From: an uncultured bacterium
Lineage (GTDB): Bacteria; Arandabacterota; Arandabacteria; JAGLYR01
Direction of reading: 5' to 3'
DNA length: 64,000 nt
Assembly (NCBI GenBank): GCA_964610505.1
Contig: CAZSXU010000008.1
Span: 52,604-116,603 of the forward strand
The notes below the pieces were generated by a model that had not been told where the DNA came from, searched no databases, and worked only from the letters and a program-made list of their open reading frames with translations. Position 1 is the stretch's first letter. Every line of letters begins with the position of its first letter. Shown one piece after another: positions 19,611 to 28,760 of the stretch. The position numbers and the translations under genes were made by a program.

Positions 19611-19658
19611 TGTGGATTCTGTATCCACAATGCTATCACACCCTTGTCCCAGTTGCCA
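19611..19658 (-). promoter_or_regulatory. Candidate extended -10 sigma70 promoter for the leftward operon, with a palindromic operator over the start site
   Basis: Minus strand TGGCAA-N17-TAGCAT with a TGn extension (19658-19630). TGTGGAT-N5-ATCCACA inverted repeat at 19611-19629. Confidence 0.45.
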
Positions 19659-19808
19659 GATCATTGTGAGGCGGCTCAATCTCGTTTTCGCCCAACCTTT
19701 CCCACCCTCGCCGCTAGTTCCAGATGAACGCCCAATGAGGAGGAGCCGGGGACCCCCGTGACATGCGGCCCCCGGACCACATGGTTTCTCTTTGACGGAG
19801 GTGGAGTC

Positions 19809-22800
19809 ATGAAAGCAGTACCGGCAGTGTTTCTGGTTGTGGCGATCGGCATGATGGCCGCAGTTCCTTCCTTGTCGTTTGCCTCCCTCGTCCCGGGTTT
19901 TGTCGAGAATCGCGGCCAGGTGAACGAATCGGTCCAGTACTACCTGTCGAGACCGGGGGCCACCGTCTACTTCACGCATGACGCCTTGGTTCTCGATCTC
20001 ATGGAGCCGATGGAAGACATGAAGGACGGAATGCATGAGATGGAAATGGGATCCGAGGAATCCGCTCGTGCCCCGCGCAAACGATGCGCCGTCTATCTCC
20101 GATTTGAGGGTGCCAATCCCACACCGACAATCGAGCCTCGCCATGAGCTGGCTGCCCATCACAACTACTTCCTGGGCAAGGACGAGAGCCGCTGGCAGGC
20201 GGAAGTTCCGATCTACTCCGAGATCCTCTACCGCGACGCGTGGCCGGGCGTGGATCTCCGCATCATGGCAGACGCCCGCGGGGTCCATTATGAAATCCTG
20301 TCGGAGTCCAAGGCGGACCGGAACCTCGTGCGGTTCACCATCGAAGGGGCCGAGAACGTCCTCACGGAAACCGGCAGCCGGCAGGTGATCGATACGCCCA
20401 TCGGCAGCGTGACGCATGCGATGCCGGGAACAGACGGGAACCGGGGATCGCTCTCGATGGGAGCAGAGTATGCCGAGATGCCGGCGGGATCCGCCTTCAA
20501 GGACAATCCGGATGCACTCCTGTGGAGCACGTATCTCGGAGGCTCCGACTATGAGAATCTCAGGGACATGGTCCTGGATTCCTCCGGTAACCCGCTCGCC
20601 ACCGGGACAACTGGATCCACGGATTTCCCCACAACACCGGGCAGCTACGACGAAGCGCACAACGGCAGCTACGACGTTTACGTTGCGAAGCTCAATGCAG
20701 CCGGGAGCAGCCTTCTGTGGGCGACCTTCCTCGGAGGGAGTAGTTCGGACGGCGGCTGGGCCCTCACGCTCGACCCTTCGGGCAATCCGACTGTCACCGG
20801 AGCTACATCGTCCACAGACTTCCCGACGACGCCAGGGGCATACGACTCGTCTTATAGCGGCGGCGATGACGGCTTTGCCGCGAAGCTCGACGCGTCCGGA
20901 AGCAGCCTTCTGTGGAGCACGTATCTGGGAGGAACCGGAGACGAGGTGGCCCGTGGGGTGGCGCTCGATGCCTCGAACAATGTCATCGTCGTGGGTTCCA
21001 CCGTGTCGAGCGACTTTCCCAGCACGCCCGGCGCCTATGATGAAACGCACAACAATGCTTACGATTGTTTCATCACCAAGTTGAACTCTACCGGCAGTGC
21101 GCTGTTGTGGAGCACATTTCTCGGAGGCATCTACAACAACGAATTCTGCAACGCCGTCGCTCTGGGCGCATCCGATTCCGTCGTCGTAGCCGGAAGCACG
21201 ACCTCCAGCGATTTCCCCACAACAGCCGGAGCGTATGATGAAACGTACAACGGCGGATCTTACGACATCTTCCTCTCCAAGCTCGACCCTACGGGGAGCG
21301 TCCTGGCCTGGAGCACGTTTATTGGGGGAAGCGATACAGATGGCGTCAGGGACCTGAAGCTCGACGGCTCGGGGAATGCGATCGTTGTGGGATACACGAA
21401 GTCGTCGGATGGTCCGACCACGGCAGGCGCATTCGACGAGACATTCAACGGATTCGAGGACGGCTATCTGGCGAAGCTGAGCGCTTCGGGGGACGCCCTC
21501 CTCTGGGGGACATTCCTGGGGGGGACGGAGCTCGACGGGGTGGCCCAGGTTATGGAAGATGCAAACGGTGACCTGTTCATCACCGGACATGCCTATTCGC
21601 CCGAGTTTCCCGTCACTCCGGGGGCCTATGACGACACGCACAACGGCCAGAGCGACGGGTATGTCGCGAGAATCGACGCGTCAGGGAGCACTCTGCTGTG
21701 GGGCACCTTCCTGGGCGGTAGCGGCCATGACTACCCTTACGCAATTGCGCTGGATGAATCCGGGTATCCCGTCGTTGCCGGGTATACGGGTCCGGATTTC
21801 CCAACCACGCCCGGAGCCCATGACCAGACGGTGGGGGGAAGCTCCGATGGATTCCTGGCAAAGATCAGTACACAGAATCGATTGCTGGTTTGCCTGGATG
21901 GATCGGGAGACTTCACGACGATCCAGGCGGCCATCGACGCTTCCTCGGACGGCGATATCATTGAACTCTGCGATGGGATCTATTCCGGCACGGGCAACCG
22001 GGACCTGGACTACGGCGGAAGAGCGATCACGATTCGCTCGCAGAGCGGAAACCGCGGGGCATGCATCATCAATGCCCAGGGAAGTAGCGCGGATCCGCAT
22101 CGCTGCTTCCACTTTTACAGTGGCGAAGACCACAACTCCGATCTTGAAAGCGTAACCCTCATAGACGGCTACGCAGACTACGGCGGAGCGATCCTCTGCG
22201 ATGGCGCGTCACCACATGTGAGCGACTGCGTCTTCACCAGCAACAACAGCCAGTACGACGGCGCCGCCGTATGGTGCAGGAATGCCGCGGGCCCACTGGT
22301 GGAAGACTCGCGGTTCATCTACAACTGGGCCGGTGACGACGCAGGGGCCATCGGATGCCGGGACGGGTCCAATCCGTGGCTGATGAATTGCACGATCGTC
22401 GACAACGCATCGACCGGTGACGGCGGCGCGTTCTACATCTACAACGCGTCCATAATCCTCAGCGGTTGTACGGTTGCCGACAACCACGCTGGGAATGCCA
22501 GCGGAGCGATCGTTGCCAACCACTTATCCGACATCGACATCGTGACATCCATTGTCGCCTTCAATACCGGTGGCCAGGCCGCCATGAGCTATGACGGCAG
22601 CACTGTCGATATGATGTGTTCCGACGTCTACGGCAATGAGACCGGAGACTGGGTCGGATGCCTGGACGGACAGGATGCGATCAACGACAACCTCTCGGCT
22701 GATCCTCTCTATTGCGCGCGGGCAGACAGGATCTATACCCTCCACGAGACCTCTCCATGCGCGCCTGCCAACTCACCGGGAACGTGCGGCCAGATCGGCG

Positions 22801-24059
22801 CGCACGGAGTGGATTGCCACACGAGAACCTGGTACGTCGCAACCGATGGTGATGACGATATCGGAGACGGCACTCAGGGAGATCCCTTCGGCACCATCGA
22901 ATACACCCTCAGCCGCGCGTTCGCCGGAGACAGTGTATCCGTCGCTGCAGGCACCTACTACGAGTCCAATATCACCATGCCCACCGGAGTGGTGCTACTC
23001 GCCCAATCCGCGAAGGCGGGCGACGTCACGATCGATGCCCAGAACGGGCAGAAGCTCTTCTACATCGACGACGCCGGCAGCGATACGGTCATTGACGGAT
23101 TCACGCTGACCGGAGGAACCTCCGGCTACGGAGGGGCGATCTACTGCCGGATCTCTTCACCCGTGATCCGGAACTGCACGTTTGTCGATAACGTCGGCAG
23201 AGCCAATGAAGCCAACGAATGGCACGGGCGGGGAGGCGCGATCTACCTGCATCGTGCATCCCCGGCAATCAGCTACTGCACCTTCGTCGGCAATGTGGGC
23301 GACAGTCTGGGTCAGGGTGGAGCCGTCTACTGTGGCGGATCTGTCCCCACCTGGTCCCACCCCACCTTCGACCACTGCACCTTCTACGGTAACCAGGCCG
23401 AATTGGGAGAGGGCTCGAGCGTATACGTGAACGGGTTCTCCTCCGCGTCCCTGGATCATTGTATCCTGGCTGGAGGAATCGGCGATGGCGCGGTCGTCTG
23501 TGACACGGCGGCGGCAACCAGCCTGGCCTGCTGCGACATTTACGGCAACGCCGGTGGAGACTGGGTCGGTTGCATCACGGGCCAGAACGGAACCAACGGC
23601 AACTTCTCCGCCATTCCGATGTTCTGCAATCCGGACAGCGGTGATTTCTCTCTCGCCGATGCGTCACCCTGCGCGCCGGACAATTCGCCGGCCGGATGTA
23701 ATCTTATCGGGGCGCACGACGTCGCCTGCACCGTGACGGGCGTCGAAGAGAACCCGTGGGGCGGGCTGCCAAGAGCATTCCATCTGGCGAACGCTGTCCC
23801 CAACCCCTTCAACCCGATCACGGAGATTGGCTACGCGATCCCCGCCGGACATGGGGCATCACGCGTCACGCTTAACGTTTACGACACGCTCGGACGGAGA
23901 GTCCGGACACTCGTAGACCGGATCCAATCCGCCGGTGCCTATGCCGTGGCCTGGGACGGAACCGACCGGGACGGCTCCCCCGCTGCCAGCGGCGTGTACT
24001 TCTATCAGATCACGTGGGACGGCAGGAGAGAAACCAAAAGGATGATCCTCCTCAAGTGA
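19809..24059 (+). CDS. Secreted protein: N-terminal FVENRGQ domain, 7 SBBP propeller repeats, 2 right-handed beta-helix modules, FlgD/T9SS type-A-like CTD
   Basis: Start MKAVPAVF after GGAG. Seven W(S/A/G)T(Y/F)(L/I)GG...DFP(T/S/V)T.GA(Y/F/H)D-type repeats; GGAI/FxxN beta-helix motifs; PNPFNP...WDG...SGVYFY...KRMILLK tail. Confidence 0.85.
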   Translation: MKAVPAVFLVVAIGMMAAVPSLSFASLVPGFVENRGQVNESVQYYLSRPGATVYFTHDALVLDLMEPMEDMKDGMHEMEMGSEESARAPRKRCAVYLRFEGANPTPTIEPRHELAAHHNYFLGKDESRWQAEVPIYSEILYRDAWPGVDLRIMADARGVHYEILSESKADRNLVRFTIEGAENVLTETGSRQVIDTPIGSVTHAMPGTDGNRGSLSMGAEYAEMPAGSAFKDNPDALLWSTYLGGSDYENLRDMVLDSSGNPLATGTTGSTDFPTTPGSYDEAHNGSYDVYVAKLNAAGSSLLWATFLGGSSSDGGWALTLDPSGNPTVTGATSSTDFPTTPGAYDSSYSGGDDGFAAKLDASGSSLLWSTYLGGTGDEVARGVALDASNNVIVVGSTVSSDFPSTPGAYDETHNNAYDCFITKLNSTGSALLWSTFLGGIYNNEFCNAVALGASDSVVVAGSTTSSDFPTTAGAYDETYNGGSYDIFLSKLDPTGSVLAWSTFIGGSDTDGVRDLKLDGSGNAIVVGYTKSSDGPTTAGAFDETFNGFEDGYLAKLSASGDALLWGTFLGGTELDGVAQVMEDANGDLFITGHAYSPEFPVTPGAYDDTHNGQSDGYVARIDASGSTLLWGTFLGGSGHDYPYAIALDESGYPVVAGYTGPDFPTTPGAHDQTVGGSSDGFLAKISTQNRLLVCLDGSGDFTTIQAAIDASSDGDIIELCDGIYSGTGNRDLDYGGRAITIRSQSGNRGACIINAQGSSADPHRCFHFYSGEDHNSDLESVTLIDGYADYGGAILCDGASPHVSDCVFTSNNSQYDGAAVWCRNAAGPLVEDSRFIYNWAGDDAGAIGCRDGSNPWLMNCTIVDNASTGDGGAFYIYNASIILSGCTVADNHAGNASGAIVANHLSDIDIVTSIVAFNTGGQAAMSYDGSTVDMMCSDVYGNETGDWVGCLDGQDAINDNLSADPLYCARADRIYTLHETSPCAPANSPGTCGQIGAHGVDCHTRTWYVATDGDDDIGDGTQGDPFGTIEYTLSRAFAGDSVSVAAGTYYESNITMPTGVVLLAQSAKAGDVTIDAQNGQKLFYIDDAGSDTVIDGFTLTGGTSGYGGAIYCRISSPVIRNCTFVDNVGRANEANEWHGRGGAIYLHRASPAISYCTFVGNVGDSLGQGGAVYCGGSVPTWSHPTFDHCTFYGNQAELGEGSSVYVNGFSSASLDHCILAGGIGDGAVVCDTAAATSLACCDIYGNAGGDWVGCITGQNGTNGNFSAIPMFCNPDSGDFSLADASPCAPDNSPAGCNLIGAHDVACTVTGVEENPWGGLPRAFHLANAVPNPFNPITEIGYAIPAGHGASRVTLNVYDTLGRRVRTLVDRIQSAGAYAVAWDGTDRDGSPAASGVYFYQITWDGRRETKRMILLK

Positions 24060-24080
24060 GCCTCACCTGCCGACACGCGA

Positions 24081-24120
24081 GTGAGGGGGGCGATACCCGT
24101 GGCGCCCCCTTCACACCTTT
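24081..24120 (+). terminator. GC-rich stem-loop, probable terminator
   Basis: GTGAGGGGGGCG / CGCCCCCTTCAC 12-bp stem (one G-T pair) just after the stop at 24059; weak U tract. Confidence 0.5.
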
Positions 24121-24193
24121 CCGGCGGGATTAGTCTCCAACTTTTCGGGTTTCTGATCGGTAGTTCAAGCTGAAGGCTGGATTACGATAGATC

Positions 24194-24222
24194 TTGAAAT
24201 AGTGTATAAAATGTGATACTAT
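24194..24222 (+). promoter_or_regulatory. Sigma70-type promoter
   Basis: TTGAAA-N17-TACTAT with a TGn extension, in an AT-rich patch about 50 nt upstream of ATG 24273. Confidence 0.6.
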
Positions 24223-24272
24223 TTACCATTGTTTGTTGTTTTTTGGTCCATCCTCTCTCCAGGAGAGCACTT

Positions 24273-27200
24273 ATGCGCTGGTACTCGGTTGTTTTGGTTT
24301 CTGTTTGCATGATTGCCACCTGTTTCGTTGAAAGTGTTGCCGCTCGATCCAAGATGAGAGCCGTCCAGCCGGGTCACAACCCCGGTGTCGAGCGATTCCT
24401 GAAACCCGACGGCAAGTTTGATCTCGAGGCCGCTCGCGGGCAGGGGTTTGAGGGCACCCTGGATGTTTCGGGATTCAAAACACTACCCGACCGCAGAACG
24501 GGCGAGCCGGTGTTCGTACCCCGGGCCGGCAAGCGGTCGCGGGATCCCGGGGATGAATATTGGGCCGAAGGCTTCGGATTACCGGGCGTGGACAAGGACA
24601 TCTACGCCGTCGCCGTTTACGACGGGGAGCTGGTCGTCGCGGGATGGTTCGACTTCGCCGGAGACCACGGCGTAGAGGGACTCGCGCGCTGGGACGGCGC
24701 CTCATGGAACAGCTTCCCGGGATGGGACATCGACTGGTATCCCATGACGGCGCTGATCGTACACGACGGATCGCTCTACGTCGGCGGACCGTTTTTGATG
24801 ATGGCCTCCAACGGCATTGCGCGCCATGTCGCCCGGTGGGACGGCACCCGGTGGTACAAACTGGGACAGGGAACGGACGACAATGTCCTTTGCTTCGCCA
24901 CCTATGATGGTGATCTTGTCGTCGGCGGAGTGTTCACGACGGCCGGGGGAGCATCCGCCAACGGCATTGCCCGCTGGGACGGCGCCAGCTGGTACCCACT
25001 GGATACGGGGATTACCGGCGGTACGTACACCGATGTTCAGGGCCTCGCCGTTTGGGGTACGGACCTGGTTGCGGCAGGCGAGTTCACACACGCGGGCGGC
25101 AATCCGGCGAACAACATCGCGCGCTGGGACGGCGTCGACTGGTACGCGCTGGGTTCCGGAACCGACAGCTGGAATTGGGCCGTGACCGTCTACGACGGCG
25201 ATGTGATTGTCGGCGGACACTTCGAGTATGCAGGAGGGGTCGCCGCCAACGCGATCGCCCGATGGGACGGCCTCAGCTGGTACCCCCTGGGTTCCGGTAT
25301 GAGCCACAGCCCGTCGGACCCGCAGGTCTACACCCTTGCCGTGGTTGGGCCGGATCTCATCGCCGGTGGCCATTTCGATACGGCTGGTGGAACTCCTGCC
25401 GAGAACATTGCCCGATGGAATGGAAGTTCGTGGAGCGACGTCGGCTCCGGCGTGGACAATACAGTTCAAGGCATCTGCGAGTATGGCGGCGATCTGATTG
25501 CCGTCGGGGGATTCACATACGCGGAAGACGGGACTTTCCTCCGCTACGTCGGCAGCTGGGACGGCGCTACATGGAACAAGATGGGTGACGGGCAGGGTGT
25601 GTGGGAGTATGCGTCGGCGCTTGCGAGCTTCGAGGGGAATCTCGTCGCGGCAGGACCGATGCAGGCTGGGGACGAGACCATTTCCGGCGGCCTCACATTG
25701 TGGGATGGGGTTTCCTGGACAGACGTCAACCCCGGCCTGGTCAACGGCCCGCAGCCGGGATATGCCGAAGCTCTGATCGTATACGGCGGGGACCTCATCG
25801 TCGCCGGTGAGTTCACGGAGGCCGGCGGCGTGGCGGCCGCCAACATTGCGCGCTGGACCGGGTCCGCCTGGTATCCGCTGGGATCCGGATGCGACAACGT
25901 GGTATCGGCCCTGGCGATCTACGACGGGGATCTCGTTGCCGGGGGCGACTTCCTCTCCGCAGGCGGAGTCTCTGCCGACAAGGTAGCTCGCTGGGACGGG
26001 TCCAACTGGTACGCTCTGGGTTCCGGAATCGGCACCGGTTTTCTCGGAGGCAGCGTGCTGGCCCTGGCTGAGTACGACGGGGATTTAATCGCCGCCGGCA
26101 TCTTCGAGACGGGCGACGGCGCGCCGGGGGACGGGATTGCGGGATGGAACGGTTCCTCCTGGTATCCCCTGGGATCCGGCGTGCTCAACGGGAGCAATGT
26201 AGGGTGGGTTTACGATCTTGACGTGTACGATGGCGACCTGATTGCGGCCGGGATGTTCGACTCCGCCGGCGGCGTTCCGGCCATCGGAATCGCCCGGTGG
26301 GACGGGATCCACTGGAGTGACCTCGGCGGGGGACCCCCTGTTCTGTGTAGCGGTCGCGGACTGACCCTGTATCGCGGCAACCTGATCGCGGCCGGTGGTG
26401 TCGATCCCCTCATCTTCGAATGGGACGGCGCAGCCTGGAGCGATCTCGGCTCCGGCATGATGGGCGGTGGCGCCTCGGCACTGGCCGTGCACGAAGGCGC
26501 TCTCTGGGTCGGAGGGGATTTCCGGATTGCCGGCGGGAAGAGCTCGGTGAACATCGCCCGGTGGAACCCCGGGCCTTTCACGTTCGTCGTGAACCCGGCC
26601 GGAACCGGTGACTACGCCACGATCCAGGCCGCCATCGATGCCGCGTACTATGGAGACGTGATCGAGCTCACCGATGGGACTTTCCGGGGCGCCGGGAATC
26701 GCGATGTCGATTTCCTGGGCAAGGTTATCACCGTCAGATCCCAGAGCAGGAATCCGGAGGACTGTATCATCGATTGCGAGGGGAGCTCCGGTGACCCTCA
26801 CCGTGGGTTCATCTTCCAGTCCGGGGAGGATTCGCAGTCGGTTCTTGAAGGTGTAACAATCACCGGCGGGTATCAGACCCTCCGGGGCGGAGGGCTCATT
26901 TGTTTCCAATCCTCCCCCACCATTCAGGACTGTATCTTCACCGGCAATGCGGCGGCGCCCGAGGGCGGCGGAGTTGGCGGCGGTCTCGAATGTCTAACCG
27001 GCTCTTCCCCCACTATCATCAACTGCGTCTTCTACGGAAACTCCGCCGGCTACGGCGCCGGGATGTCCTGTCAGGACAGTTCTGCTCCGACGATTCAGAA
27101 CTGCACTTTCTATGACAACTCGGCGACCGACGGCGGAGGCGGACTGCTGTGTAACGGCAGCTGCTCCCCGGACGTGATCAACTGTATTATCGCTTCGAAC

Positions 27201-28679
27201 ACGGAAGAAGCCGTTCTCTGCTATACGTATTCGTATCCCACCCTCAGCTGCTGTGACGTGTGGGGCAATACGGGCGGAGACTGGGTCGGCTGCATCGCGG
27301 GCCAGTCGGGCGCCAACGGGAACATCTCCTCGGACCCTATGTTCTGTGATCCGGAGGAGGCTGAGTTCACAATCCGCAACGACTCCGAATGCGCGCCGGA
27401 CAACTCGCCCCTCGACTGCGGACTGATCGGAGCACGCATGGTCGGCTGCGGCCAGAAGATCAGAGTGCCCAGTGACGCCCCGACAGTCGAAGAAGCCGTA
27501 GCCGTGGCCATTCCCGGTGATACCGTATTTGTGGAATGCGGCACTCACTACGAGCACGACATCCAGGTTCCGTCCGGTGTTCTTCTCATCGGGGAATCCT
27601 GCAAGGCGGGCGGCACCGTCATTGATGCCCAGGGCCTGGGGCGGGTACTCTACTGCGCGAATCTCGACGGCTCCACGTTGATCACCGGACTGACCCTGAC
27701 CGGCGGCTTGGGAGATTACGGTGGCGGCATCCTCTGCGACAATGCTTCGCCGACGATTGAGGACTGCTGGTTCTCCGACAATTCCAGCCAGTATGACGGC
27801 GGAGGCATGTTTTGCCGAAACGCGTCCTCCCCTACCCTGACCGACTGTGTCTTCTCCAACAACACGGCCGGAGACGACGGCGGCGCCCTCGGATTCCGCG
27901 ACTCTTCCAACCCCATCCTCTACGGCTGCACTCTGGCCGACAATTCGGCGAACGATGATGGCGGTGCACTCTACGGATACATTGCATCTCCAAGTTTCTA
28001 TAACTGCACCATCACGGGAAATCACACTCCGGATCTCGGTTCCGCTCTCTGTATGAACAACGGTGGCTCCGCCACGCTCGAAAACACGATCGTCGCATTC
28101 AATACGGACGGCGAAGCGATTGCCTGCGTCTCGAGCAACGCCGCGCTCACCTGTTGCGATGTCTACGGAAACGCCGGCGGGGACTACACCGGATGCCTGG
28201 CGGGCCAGAGCGGTGTCGACGGAAACTTCTCGGATGATCCTCTCTTCTGTAATGCCGCCAGCGGGGATTACTCGCTCGACGCATCGTCCCTCTGCCTGCC
28301 CGACAACAACCCGGCCTGCGGACTGGTTGGAGCGGACACCCTCGGTTGCGGGCTCTCGACGGTGGCGGATCAGACGAGCCGCTCACTGCCGAGGACACTG
28401 ACTTTGGGATCGGCCGTCCCTAATCCGTTCAATCCGGTTACGGAGATCACCTATGGGGTCCCTGCGGGCAACGGACCGTCACGCGTCACTCTTAACATCT
28501 ACGACGCCCTCGGGCGCCGCGTTGCCACGCTGGTGGATGAAGACCGCGCCCCGGGCTCCCACTCCGTCACCTGGAACGGCACGGACCGCGACGGATCCCC
28601 TGTGGCAAGCGGGGTCTATTTCTATCGGATTACATGGATGGAACGGAGTGAAACGAAGCGGATGGTGCTTCTGAAATAG
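24273..28679 (+). CDS. Secreted protein: 14 (A/G)RWDG..W propeller repeats, 2 beta-helix modules, CTD
   Basis: Signal peptide MRWYSVVLVSVCMIATCFVESVAA after GGAGAG; 14 repeats counted; PNPFNP CTD. Confidence 0.85.
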   Translation: MRWYSVVLVSVCMIATCFVESVAARSKMRAVQPGHNPGVERFLKPDGKFDLEAARGQGFEGTLDVSGFKTLPDRRTGEPVFVPRAGKRSRDPGDEYWAEGFGLPGVDKDIYAVAVYDGELVVAGWFDFAGDHGVEGLARWDGASWNSFPGWDIDWYPMTALIVHDGSLYVGGPFLMMASNGIARHVARWDGTRWYKLGQGTDDNVLCFATYDGDLVVGGVFTTAGGASANGIARWDGASWYPLDTGITGGTYTDVQGLAVWGTDLVAAGEFTHAGGNPANNIARWDGVDWYALGSGTDSWNWAVTVYDGDVIVGGHFEYAGGVAANAIARWDGLSWYPLGSGMSHSPSDPQVYTLAVVGPDLIAGGHFDTAGGTPAENIARWNGSSWSDVGSGVDNTVQGICEYGGDLIAVGGFTYAEDGTFLRYVGSWDGATWNKMGDGQGVWEYASALASFEGNLVAAGPMQAGDETISGGLTLWDGVSWTDVNPGLVNGPQPGYAEALIVYGGDLIVAGEFTEAGGVAAANIARWTGSAWYPLGSGCDNVVSALAIYDGDLVAGGDFLSAGGVSADKVARWDGSNWYALGSGIGTGFLGGSVLALAEYDGDLIAAGIFETGDGAPGDGIAGWNGSSWYPLGSGVLNGSNVGWVYDLDVYDGDLIAAGMFDSAGGVPAIGIARWDGIHWSDLGGGPPVLCSGRGLTLYRGNLIAAGGVDPLIFEWDGAAWSDLGSGMMGGGASALAVHEGALWVGGDFRIAGGKSSVNIARWNPGPFTFVVNPAGTGDYATIQAAIDAAYYGDVIELTDGTFRGAGNRDVDFLGKVITVRSQSRNPEDCIIDCEGSSGDPHRGFIFQSGEDSQSVLEGVTITGGYQTLRGGGLICFQSSPTIQDCIFTGNAAAPEGGGVGGGLECLTGSSPTIINCVFYGNSAGYGAGMSCQDSSAPTIQNCTFYDNSATDGGGGLLCNGSCSPDVINCIIASNTEEAVLCYTYSYPTLSCCDVWGNTGGDWVGCIAGQSGANGNISSDPMFCDPEEAEFTIRNDSECAPDNSPLDCGLIGARMVGCGQKIRVPSDAPTVEEAVAVAIPGDTVFVECGTHYEHDIQVPSGVLLIGESCKAGGTVIDAQGLGRVLYCANLDGSTLITGLTLTGGLGDYGGGILCDNASPTIEDCWFSDNSSQYDGGGMFCRNASSPTLTDCVFSNNTAGDDGGALGFRDSSNPILYGCTLADNSANDDGGALYGYIASPSFYNCTITGNHTPDLGSALCMNNGGSATLENTIVAFNTDGEAIACVSSNAALTCCDVYGNAGGDYTGCLAGQSGVDGNFSDDPLFCNAASGDYSLDASSLCLPDNNPACGLVGADTLGCGLSTVADQTSRSLPRTLTLGSAVPNPFNPVTEITYGVPAGNGPSRVTLNIYDALGRRVATLVDEDRAPGSHSVTWNGTDRDGSPVASGVYFYRITWMERSETKRMVLLK

Positions 28680-28685
28680 AAAGTG

Positions 28686-28721
28686 ACGTGGTTCGTGGTT
28701 CGATATTCGTTCTCGGAGAAG
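28686..28721 (+). repeat. Intergenic heptamer-periodic repeat, copy 1
   Basis: ACGTGGTTCGTGGTTCGATATTCGTTCTCGGAGAAG, matching 36587-36629. Confidence 0.85.
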
Positions 28722-28760
28722 GGCATTGTAGAGAACCCGACATCCCGAGGAGGTTTGATC

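Noticed and set aside
19611-19629. Inverted DnaA boxes / replication origin
   Set aside because: Only two imperfect TTATCCACA matches, with no box cluster, AT-rich unwinding element or dnaA context.
19350-21641. 763-aa minus-strand ORF
   Set aside because: Antisense to the SBBP protein, with no motifs; long shadow ORFs are expected at this GC level and codon bias.
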